Below are positions 1-11,618 of a DNA stretch of 64,000 nucleotides, in pieces. The DNA comes from Hormiphora californensis (Eukaryota; Animalia; Ctenophora). The position numbers were made by a program, and so were the translations under genes. Position 1 is the first letter of the stretch; the number at the start of each line of letters is the position of its first letter. Under the pieces are notes generated by a model. That model was not told where the DNA came from. It was given only the letters and a program-made list of their open reading frames with translations, and made no database searches. The stretch lies in assembly GCA_020137815.1 (NCBI GenBank), contig CM035357.1, positions 3,410,001-3,474,000 of the forward strand, read 5' to 3'.

Positions 1-50
1 AGCCCTAACCCTAGCCCAACCCTAAACCCAACCATAACCCTAACCCTAAC
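1..50. repeat. Degenerate telomere-like (CCCTAA)n tract, truncated by the window edge
   Basis: Sequence agccctaaccctagcccaaccctaaacccaaccataaccctaaccctaac. It is short and degenerate, so it could be interstitial. Confidence 0.6.
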
Positions 51-387
51 GTCTCATGAGACATATGTCTCATGAGACATGTCTCATGATACACTCATGA
101 GCACATGTAGGTCAAAACGTCTCATGAGCGCTCATGAGACATTCAAACAGAGATGGGATGAGACATATGTCTCATGAGCGCTCATGAGCAAGGTCTCATG
201 AGCACTCATGAGCGCTCATGATACACTCATGACACACTCATGATACACTCATGAGCGCTCATGAGACGTTGAAACACCTAAAAACGTCTCATGAGCGCTC
301 ATGATACACTCATGATACACTCATGACACACTCATGATACACTCATGAGCGCTCATGAGAGGAACGGACAGGTTCTTCCGACTTACC
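51..387. repeat. Cluster of CTCATGAG-centred palindromic short repeats, possibly one arm of a foldback element
   Basis: More than 20 copies of ctcatga(g/t/c) in 10-14 bp units such as gtctcatgagac and ctcatgatacact. Confidence 0.7.
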
Positions 388-660
388 AAAAAGTTCAGTA
401 TTTACACAGAGTTTACACAGTCTTTACTCAGTCGTTACACCCAGAGCGGTGCGTGCTGCGCACAGTGGCTTTTTCCAAGAAATTAATGGATTGTGTGCTG
501 CACAATTGACAAAATTGAGCGCCACGGCGAAAAAAGTTTCCGAAAACGCTGAAAATCGAGTGCGAAAGACGCAGTCGTTACACCCAGAGCGGCGCGGGCG
601 CTCTGGGTGTAACGACTGAGTAAAGACTGTGTAAACTTTGTGTAAATACTGAACTTTTTT
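388..660. mobile_element. Inverted-repeat (MITE-like) element
   Basis: aaaaagttcagtatttacacagagtttacacagtctttactcagtcgttacacccagagcg (388-449) is mirrored by its reverse complement at ~599-660. Confidence 0.65.
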
Positions 661-972
661 AGGGATCCCTAAACTGGGGAATTTTTCGGATATTTTTTTT
701 TTGAAAATTTGAAATTTGAGTTTTTTGTCGCGAAAAGACCCAAAACTTTGACGCGCGCGGCGCGGCGGGTAATTGCGGGTAATACGATGCGTATTGGCGC
801 CATACGTCAAGTCGCAAATGTCGTCATAGCGATTACGTCATCGGGTGGGGCGATCGCTTCGAAACTTTGGGGCTGACAAAATGAAACGCATATGTGGTCG
901 TGTGCAAAAGGAATAAGCGATTTGAGAACCTTGAATTTTGTATGCGTACACCCTAATATACTGTAATTGAAG

Positions 973-3900
973 AGTCTAAACAACCCGAAATGACAATTTA
1001 AACATATTTTGACATATTTTGAGGCCCTGAGACCAGCGGGTGGCCAAATTTAATCAGGTTTCGGGTCGGCTGACGTAAAAACTCCGCGTTTTGGTCGAGG
1101 TAAAACCATAACCATAAACCATAACCATAGATATTTTTAGAGTGAAAGTTTTGAAGCCCCCTGAAGTAGTAGAGAGGTGTTCTATGGCTCGTTGGAAAGG
1201 TCTCGAGGTCCCGCGACGTATAGGGGGTGTGGCGATGGCCATACCCAAACCCATAAGGTGTAGGACGCGAAAAACAGTCAAAATAAGGGGTATACAGAAC
1301 TCGGCAATTAGAAGGAGTAGAAAGGTGTTCTAGGGTGCGTTCGAAAGATCTCGAGGTGCTGAAGTAATTGGAATGTAATTGGAAGTAATTACATGTAATT
1401 AAAATGTAATTACATGTAATTAAAGGGTAATTACATGTAATTAAAATGTCTAAATGACCCAGAATGATAATTTAAACATATTTTGACATATTTGGAGGCC
1501 CTGAAATCAGCGGGTGGCCAAATTTAATCCGGTTTCGGGTCGGCTGACGTAAAAACTCCGCGTTTTGGTCGATCAATAAACCATAAAACCATAAACCATA
1601 AAACCATAGATATTTTTAGAGTGAAAGTTTTGAAGCCCCCTGAAGTATTAGAGAGGTGTTCTATGGCTCGTTGGAAAGGTCTCGAGTTCCCGCGACGTAT
1701 AGGGGGTGTGGCGATGGCCATACCCAAACCTATAAGGGGTAGGACGCGAAAAACAGTCAAAATAAGGGGTATACAGAACTCGGCAATTAGAAGGAGTAGA
1801 AAGGTGTTCTAGGGTGCATTCGAAAGCTCTCGAGGTGCTGAAGTAATTGGAATGTAATTGGAAGTAATTACATGTAATTAAAATGTAATTACATGTAATT
1901 AAAGGGTAATTACATGTAATTAAAAGGTCTAAATGACCCCAAATGACAATTCAGACATATTTTGACATATTTTGAGGCCCTGAGACCAGCGGGTGGCCAA
2001 ATTTAATCCGGTTTCGGGTCGGCTGACGTAAAAACTCCGCGTTTTGGTCGAGGTAACCATAAACCATAACCATAAAACCATAGATATTTTTAGAGTGAAA
2101 GTTTTGAAGCCTCCTGAAGTAGTAGAGAGGTGTTCTATGGCTCGTTGGAAAGGTCTCGAGGTCCCGCGACGTATAGGGGGTGTGGCGATGGCCATACCCA
2201 AACCTATAAGGGGTAGGACGCGAAAAACAGTCAAAATAAGGGGTATACAGAACTCGGCAATTAGAAGGAGTAGAAAGGTGTTCTAGGGTGCGTTCGAAAG
2301 CTCTCGAGGTGCTGAAGTAATTGGAATGTAATTGGAAGTAATTACATGTAATTAAAGGGTAATTACATGTAATTATAGGGTAATTACATGTAATTAAAAG
2401 GTCTAAATGACTCCAAATGACAATTCAGACATATTTTGACGTATTTGGAGGCTCTGAGACCAGCGGGTGGCCAAATTTAATCAGGTTTCGGGTCGGCTGA
2501 CGTAAAAAACTCCGCGTTTTGGTCGAGGTAACCATAAACCATAAACCATAAACCATAGATATTTTTAGAGTGAAAGTTTTGAAGCCCCCTGAAGTAGTAG
2601 AGAGGTGTTCTATGGCTCGTTGGAAAGGTCTCGAGGTCCCGCGACGTATAGGGGTTGTGGCGATGGCCATACCCAAACCCATAAGGGGTAGGACGCGAAA
2701 AACAGTGAAAATAAGGGGTATACTGAACTCGGCAATTAGAAGGAGTAGAAAGGTGTTCTAGGGTGCGTTCGAAAGCTCTCGAGGGTACTGAAGTAATTGG
2801 AATGTAATTGGAAGTAATTACATGTACTTAAAATGTAATTACATGTAATTAAAGGGTAATTACATGTAATTGAAAGGTCTAAATGACCCAGAATGATAAT
2901 TTAAACATATTTTGACGTATTTGGAGCAATTGGAAGGAGTAGAAAGGTGTTCTAGGGTGCGTTCGAAAGCTCTCGAGGTGCTGAAGTAATTGGAATGTAA
3001 TTGGAAGTAATTACATGTAATTAAAGGGTAATTACATGTAATTAAAGGGTAATTACATGTAATTAAAAGGTCAGCATGATCCCAAATGATAATTTAAACA
3101 TATTTTGACGTATTTGGAGGCCCTGAGACCAGCGGGTGGCCAAATTTAATCCAGTTTCGGGTCGGCTGACGTAAAAACTCCGCGTTTTGGTCGAGTAAAC
3201 CATAAACCATAAACCATAGATATTTTTAGAGTGAAAGTTTTGAAGCCCCCTGAAGTAGTAGAGAGGTGTTCTATGGCTCGTTGGAAAGGTCTCGAGGTCC
3301 CGCGACGTATAGGGGGTGCGGCGATGGCCGTACCCAAACCCATAAGGGGTAGGACGCGAAAAACAGTCAAAATAAGGGGTATGCAGATCTCGGCAATTAG
3401 AAGGAGTAGAAAGGTGTTCTAGGTAGCGTTCGAAAGCTCTCGAGGTGCTGAAGTAATTGGAATGTAATTGGAAGTAATTACATGTAATTAAAATGTAATT
3501 ACATGTAATTAAAGGGCAATTACATGTAATCAAAAGGTCTAAATGACCCCAAATGACAATTTAAACATATTTTAACGTATTTGGAGGCCCTGAGACCAGC
3601 GGGTGACCAAATTTATTCCGGTTTCGGGTCGGCTGACGTAAAAACTCCGCGTTTTGGTCGAGTAACCATAAACCATAACCATAGATATTTTTAGAGTGAA
3701 AGTTTTGAAGCCCCCTGAAGTAGTAGAGAGGTGTTCTATGGCTCGTTGGGAAGGTCTCGAGGTCCCGCGACGTATAGGGGGTGTGGCGATGGCCATACCC
3801 AAACCTATAAGGGGTAGGACGCGAAAAACAATCAAAATAAGGGGTATACAGAACTCGGCAATTAGAAGGAGTAGAAAGGTGTTCTAGGGTGCGTTCGAAA

Positions 3901-6900
3901 GCTCTCGAGGTGCTGAAGTAATTGGAATGTAATTGGAAGTAATTACATGTAATTAAAATGTAATTACATGTAATTAAAGGGTAATTACATGTAATTAAAA
4001 GGTCTAAATGACCCCAAATGACAATTTAGACATATTTTGACATATTTGGAGGCCCTGAGACCAGCGGGTGGCCAAATTTAATCAGGTTTCGGGTCGGCTG
4101 ACGTAAATAAACCATAAACCATAAACCATAACCATAACCATAAAACCATAGATATTTTTAGAGTGAAAGTTTTGAAGCCCCCTGAAGTAGTAGAGAGGTG
4201 TTCTATGGCTCGTTGGAAAGGTCTCGAGGTCCCGCGACGTATAGGGGGTGTGGCGATGGCCATACCCAAACCTATAAGGGGTAGGACGCGAAAAACAGTC
4301 AAAATAAGGGGTATACAGAACTCGGCAATTGGAAGGAGTAGAAAGGTGTTCTAGGGTGCGTTCGAAAGCTCTCGAGGTGCTGAAGTAATTGGAATGTAAT
4401 TGGAAGTAATTACATGTAATTAAAATGTAATTACATGCAATTAAAGGGTAATTACATGTAATTAAAAGGTCTAAATGACCCCAAATGACAATTTAGACAT
4501 ATTTTGACATATTTGGAGGCTCTGAGACCAGCGAGTGGCCAAATTTAATCAGGTTTCGGGTCGGCTGACGTAAAAACTCCGCGTTTTGGTCGAGGTAACC
4601 ATAAAACCATAACCATAAACCATAGATATTTTTAGAGTGAAAGTTTTGAAGCCCCCTGAAGTAGTAGAGAGGTGTTCTATGGCTCGTTGGAAAGGTCTCG
4701 AGGTCCCGCGACGTATAGGGGGTGTGGCGATGACCATACCCAAACCCATAAGGGGTAGGACGCGAAAAACAGTCAAAATAAGGGGTATACAGAACTCGGC
4801 AATTAGAAGCAGTAGAAAGGTGTTCTAGGATGCGTTCGAAAGCTCTCGAGGTGCTGAAGTAATTGGAATGTAATTGGAAGTAATTACATGTAATTAAAAT
4901 GTAATTACATGTAATTAAAGGGTAATTACATGTAATTAAAAGGTCTAAATGACCCCAAATGAAAATTCAGACATATTTTGAAATATTTGGAGACCCTGAG
5001 ACCAGCGGATGGCCAAATTTAATCTGGTTTCGGGTCGGCTGACGTAAAAACTCCGCGTTTTGGTCGAGGTAAACCATAACCATAAAACCATAGATATTTT
5101 TAGAGTGAAAGTTTTGAAGCCCCCTGAAGTAGTAGAGAGGTGTTCTATGGCTCGTTGGAAAGGTCTCGAGGTCCCACGACGTATAGGGGGTGTGGCGATG
5201 GCCATACCCAAACCTATAAGGGGTAGGACGCGAAAAACAGTCAAAATAAGGGGTATGCTGAACTCGGCAATTAGAAGGAGTAGAAAGGTGTTCTAGGGTG
5301 CGTTCGAAAGCTCTCGAGGTGCTGAAGTAATTGGAATGTAATTGGAAGTAATTACATGTAATTAAAGGGTAATTACATGTAATTAAAGGGTAATTACATG
5401 TAATTAAAAGGTCTAAATGATCCCAAATGACAATTCAGACATATTTTGACATATTTGGAGGCCCTGAGACCAGCGGGTGGCCAAATTTAATCCGGTTTCG
5501 GGTCGGCTGACGTAAAAACTCCGCGTTTTGGTCGAGGTAAACCATAAACCATAACCATAGATATTTTTAGAGTGAAAGTTTTGAAGCCCCGCTGAAGTAG
5601 TAGAGAGGTGTTCTATGGCTCGTTGGAAAGGTCTCGAGGTCCCGCGACGTATAGGGGGTGTGGCGATGGCCATACCCAAACCTATAAGGGGTAGGACGCG
5701 AAAAACAGTCAAAATAAGGGGTATACAGAACTCGGCAATTAGAAGGAGTATAAAGGTGTTCTAGGGTGCGTTCGAAAGCTCTCGAGGTGCTGAAGTAATT
5801 GGAATGTAATTGGAAGTAATTACATGTAATTAAAATGTAATTACATGTAATTAAAGGGTAATTACATGTAATTAAAAGGTCTAAATGACCCCAAATGACA
5901 ATTTAAACATATTTTGACATATTTGGAGGCCCTGAGACCAGCGGATGGCAAAATTTAATCCGGTTTCGGGTCGGCTGACGTAAAAACTCCGCGTTTTGGT
6001 CGAGGTAAACCATAAAACCATAGATATTTTTAGAGTGAAAGTTTTGAAGCCCCCTGAAGTAGTAGAGAGGTGTTCTATGGCTCGTTGGAAAGGTCTCGAG
6101 GTCCCGCGACGTATAGGGGGTGTGGCGATGGCCATACCCAAACCTATAAGGGGTAGGACGCGAAAAACAGTCAAAATAAGGGGTATACAGAACTCGGCAA
6201 TTAGAAGGAGTAGAAAGGTGTTCTAGGGTGCGTTCGAAAGCTCTCGAGGTGCTGAAGTAATTGGAATGTAATTGGAAGTAATTACATGTAATTAAAATGT
6301 TATTACATGCAATTAAAGGGTAATTACATGTAATTATTAATTAATTAATTACTAATTAAAAGGTCTAAATGACCCCAAATGACAATTTAGACATATTTTG
6401 ACATATTTGGAGGCTCCGAGACCAGCGAGTGGCCAAATTTAATCAGGTTTCGGGTCGGCTGACGTAAAAACTCCGCGTTTTGGTAGAGGTAACCATAACC
6501 ATAAAACCATAAAACCATAGATATTTTTAGAGTGAAAGTTTTGAAGCCCCCTGAAGTAGTAGAGAGGTGTTCTATGGCTCGTTGGAAAGGTCTCAAGGTC
6601 CCGCGACGTATAGGGGGTGCGGCGATGGCCGTACCCAAACCCATAAGGGGTAGGACGCGAAAAACAGTCAAAATAAGGGGTATGCAGATCTCGGCAATTA
6701 GAAGGAGTAGAAAGATTTTCTAGGTAGCGTTCGAAAGCTCTCGAGGTACTGAAGTAATTGGAATGTAATTGGAAGTAATTACATGTAATTAAAATGTAAT
6801 TACATGTAATTAAAGGGTAATTACATGTAATTAAAAGGTCTAAATGACCCCAAATGACAATTTAGACATATTTTGACATTTTTGGAGGCCCTGAGACCAG

Positions 6901-8573
6901 CGGGTGGCCAAATTTAATCAGGTTTCGGGTCGGCTGACGTAAAAACTCCGCGTTTTGGTCGAGGTAACCGTAAAACCATAAACCATAAAACCATAGATAT
7001 TTTTAGAGTGAAAGTTTTGAAGCCCCCTGAAGTAGTAGAGAGGTGTTCTATGGCTCGTTGGAAAGGTCTCGAGGTCCCGCGACGTATAGGGGGTGTGGCG
7101 ATGGCCATACCCAAACCTATAAGGGGTAGGACGCGAAAAACAGTCAAAATAAGGGGTATACAGAACTCGGCAATTAGAAGGAGTAGAAAGGTGTTCTAGG
7201 GTGCGTTCGAAAGCTCTCGAGGTGCTGAAGTAATTGGAATGTAAAGTCGGATTTTTTGAAACTGTCACCCCCCTGGGTATTTTCAAATTTCGTAAATGAC
7301 CATAAATCCGGTTCCTGACGAGATAGAGACTTGAAATTTGGAGGTTACGAAGATCTTGCTAAGTTCTTCCGAACCTCCAAATTTCAAGTCTCTATCTCAT
7401 CAGGAACCGGAGATATGGCAAATTTTGTTATTTCAGGGGGGTGACAGTTTCAAAAAATCCGACTTTAATTGGAAGTAATTACATGTAATTAAAATGTAAT
7501 TACATGTAATTAAAGGGTAATTACATGTAATTAAAAGGTCTAAATGACCCCAAATGACAATTCAGACATATTTTGACATATTTGGAGGCCCTGAGACCAG
7601 CGGGTGGCAAAATTTAATCCGGTTTCGGGTCGGCTGACGTAAAAACTCCGCGTTTTGGTCGAGGTAACCATAAACCATAAACCATAGATATTTTTAGAGT
7701 GAAAGTTTTGAAGCCCCCTGAAGTAGTAGAGAGGTGTTCTATGGCTCGTTGGAAAGGTCTCGAGGTCCCGCGACGTATAGGGGGTGTGGCGATGGGTGTG
7801 CCCAAACCTATAAGGGGTAGGACGCGAAAAACAGTCAAAATAAGGGGTATGCTGAACTCGGCAATTAGAAGGAGTAGAAAGGTGTTCTAGGGTGCGTTCG
7901 AAAGCTCTCGAGGTGCTGAATTAATTGGAATGTAATTGGAAGTAATTACATGTAATTAAAATGTAATTACATGTAATTAAAGGGTAATTACATGTAATTA
8001 AAAGGTCTAAATGACCCCAAATGACAATTCCGACATATTTGGAGGCCCTGAGACCAGCAAGTGGCAAAATTTAATCAGGTTTCGGGTCGGCTGACGTAAA
8101 AACTCCGCGTTTTGGTCGAGATACCAGATAAAAAAAACCATAAAACCATAGATATTTTTAGAGTGAAAGTTTTGAAGCCCCCTGAAGTCGTAGAGAGGTT
8201 TTCTATGGCTCGTTGGAAAGGTCTAGAGGTCCCGCGACGTATAGGGGGTGCGGCGATGACCGTACCCAAACCCATAAGGGGTAGGACGCGAAAAACAGTC
8301 AAAATAAGGGGTATGCAGATCTCGGCAATTAGAAGGAGTAGAAAGGTGTTCTAGGTAGCGTTCGAAAGCTCTCGAGGTGCTGAAGTAATTGGAATGTAAT
8401 TGGAAGTAATTACATGTAATTAAAGGGTAATTACATGTAATTAAAAGGTCTGCATGATCCCAAATGATAATTTAAACATATTTTGACGTATTTGGAGGCC
8501 CTGAGACCAGCGGATGGCCAAATTTAATCCGGTTTCGGGTCGGCTGACGTAAAAACTTCGCGTTTTGGTCGAG
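973..8573. repeat. Tandem array of a ~470 bp unit (15 full units plus partial units)
   Basis: Units start aaccatagatatttttagagtg near 1123, 1603, 2078, 2552, 3213, 3678, 4146, 4620, 5087, 5554, 6017, 6514, 6991, 7681 and 8145 and end ttttggtcgag. Each carries internal AATTACATGTAATT palindromes and a variable (AACCATA)n linker. Confidence 0.95.
7244..7465. mobile_element. Tc1/mariner-type MITE inserted into one satellite unit
   Basis: TIR aagtcggattttttgaaactgtcacccccctg with a TA duplication. The empty site ggaatgTAattgg is present in the other units. Confidence 0.9.
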
Positions 8574-9260
8574 TTTACCAATCCCTGTAAATATTTTCCG
8601 GTTACTTACAAGCCGATTCTTGCGAAATGTTTGGGGTTCATTAATTTCCCAATATTCACGAGCTATTCATCTACTGAATCTCTGAAGACTAGTCAGCTAG
8701 CCTTCAGAGATAGTCGAATAATTATATTATGTCAAGATAAATACGAGGATGCACCAACAATTTTAATTCTAGCATAAACTCGCCATATATGACCAAAAAA
8801 TCAGAAAATAATCGGACGGTTTATCATTTATGTCACATCTGAGCGCGATTATTGTCTTGCACGCCGTTCATCCTCCCTTTAACCGTGACCTATCAAAGTA
8901 TAGGGCAGTACATCAGTCGTTTATAGCTTCTTACTTCAGAATAATATGCGAGGCAGCTGTACAGAATAGCAGTGGTATCGGGTGATTTTACATACAATAG
9001 TTACAGTGGCTATTATGTATAAACGACATTTACTTTGACACTCTGATAGGTCACGGTAAAGTGGGAGAAATGGATGATCAAAGGCGTGCAACTCGGGGTT
9101 GAACAAAACAAATACTCCATGTCACCATTAATAATATTAGTCCAGTTAATGACAATCATGAAATCAGCATAACACAACACATCAGAATCAATAATATCAA
9201 CATTATTGACACACTCAGGATCATTTGTAAAACAAAGATCTCCCGCCAGTTTAATGTTTG

Positions 9261-10810
9261 TTAAGTTATTGAATTCCTTCTCCGTAAAGTTTGCACATTT
9301 TCATTCGTAGTAATGATACCAAAATTAGTTTCTTGGATCTCGCCTCTGGTTGGCATCATAGCAATGCAACTGGAACATTTCATATGCATCTTAATACAAT
9401 TCGATGTGTTATCGGCAACTTTACATTCCTCCTCTTTCTTGTTCACGGGTACTCCATCACCGACAATGTTTTGCCGGTGACAATTATCTACACTTATAAT
9501 ATCATTTGCTGGTTCGGGTAAGACTGGTACACCATGAACCAATGCACAGATTGATGACCAAGAATTCATAGCAGCTGCCATTTTTTCCATGGCAGGTCTA
9601 AGCACATCAAACACTTTAGTTAGTATATCACTGTACAAAAGTGGGTTTAGTACAGAGTTAATTGGTAGGATGTTGAGGGAGAAGACCTGGTACCACGGTG
9701 ACATATCCACCACCTCGGCTGTATGGAGGGCACAACAAATCAAGAAGGGTAGCCAACAACATAAGTCCGTTACACACAACCAAGTAACTTTGCGACCAAG
9801 TTTATTATTGTTGCGCCGGTCTGCCCCAGGAACTGCCGCCTTAATCGACAAGACCACAATTAAGATATGGCACACTGCAACGGTCATAAAGCAGAGAAAG
9901 TGAAGGCTGATGTAGAACCAGACAAAGACAACCTGGGGATCATTGGGGAGGACAAAAAACTTAAACGTACAAACTGGATCGTTACCGTAGAATGACACCT
10001 TTTTACCTGAAACAGTCCCATAATCCGCGGAAAACATTTCCGCGACCATTCCTTGAATTGTATTCCAGGAAATGCCAGCCTTCCTTCGAGAACGTTCAGA
10101 GTACCTTACCCCGTAGTAGCCATAGACAATCTGCAAAAATCGTGCCTTGTCCACCGTACCAAGGAAAAGTGATATATTCTTAGGAAATACAAGTCCATTG
10201 ACAAACCAATCTTCCAAAGAATCTAGTAGAGGCACTAATGCAAATGCGAGAGCAATAAGCAAAATAAACGCTAGGCATAGAATAACTTTAAGCCGAAGCT
10301 CCTCCGAAACATCGCCAGACTGTCTGTAACGAAGAGCTCGTCTTGTTCCATAAAGCCGGTAAATGCTTATACCCGCCATGGCTAAGGAGGAAACTGTCGC
10401 TCCGACCGTGTTTAGTACACCTATGATTTTACAAGTTCTCCCACTAATCCATTCTAATTGCTTAACACAGAAATCAGTGCTTTTAAAGATATGCAGGGTT
10501 GTTAAGGTGAGGAGATAGCAGGGAGTTAAGAGATCTCCAAAGGAGATTGCAAGTACGAACACATGATTCACAAAGGCTCCACTTTTATCCGGAAGTTTCT
10601 GGATAAATGTTTTCACGAAGGCTGTTAATCTCAACGGCAAACACAGTTGGCGTAACTCAGAAAGGGGACAATTTCAGTGCTCTCCAATTGCGTCGCGGCG
10701 CGGGGGGGGGGTCACTCTCTCTCTCTCTCTCCCCCTTTTCGATGGTTTCTGAACACTCACAGACACTGTGTGGTGATCTCAAATTTCTCTCTCTCTCTCT
10801 CTCTCTCTCC

Positions 10811-10871
<61 letters not shown>

Positions 10872-10901
10872 TCAATCTTTCCCTAATTGTGAGGGATGAA
10901 G

Positions 10902-10957
<56 letters not shown>

Positions 10958-11548
10958 CATACATTACTGGGCTTCCTGATAGGGGCCCTCCGCCCTGATT
11001 AAAGTAATTTATTGTCACAAGCCGTGATATCCTTATTCCTTCAAGGAATATATAAAATGGGCCTGAAATATGCAAGGAATTTCCTTGCATATTTCAGGCC
11101 CATTTTATATATAATCAATAAACCCTGTTTATATGTAGCGGGTCGCCCGCTAGGGTGATTCGCTACATCATATACTGCCCGACCTGCGAAGTAGGGAGGG
11201 TGGTATATGGTATAAGACCCGACCAAAGGGAGGGGTTTGTACTTTCTATAAGCAAGGATTTATTGATTATAAGTTTAAGCGGAAAAAAAGCTTGCTTTTT
11301 ATTATAGCAGGCGGGGTTTGTCAGACAGATTTTCACCCGCTGGAGTGCCCTTAAAGAGTCGCACTGCACTGGTGCTATATTGTCGAAATACTAAAATTAA
11401 AAAAAGACACATTTACATACGGTACTTGAATATAAAAGCTTCTCAGCCATAAACCTGACTACTCGGCCACTTGCCGGGTGTCAGTTGATGATATTCCATG
11501 TACTTATATCTGATTTGAAATGGTTGCTCTCTCTCCGTCTGTCTCCCT

Positions 11549-11618
<70 letters not shown>

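Noticed and set aside
1050-1110. Hammerhead ribozyme in the satellite unit (CTGACGT followed by a hairpin)
   Set aside because: The core CUGANGA and GAAA boxes are not both present in the right arrangement on either strand.
1142-8354. Recurring 63-aa ORF (MKVLKPPEVV...) and antisense ORFs in the 470-bp units
   Set aside because: They have non-ATG starts and no recognisable domain, and some units are frameshifted; the recurrence is explained by the repeat.
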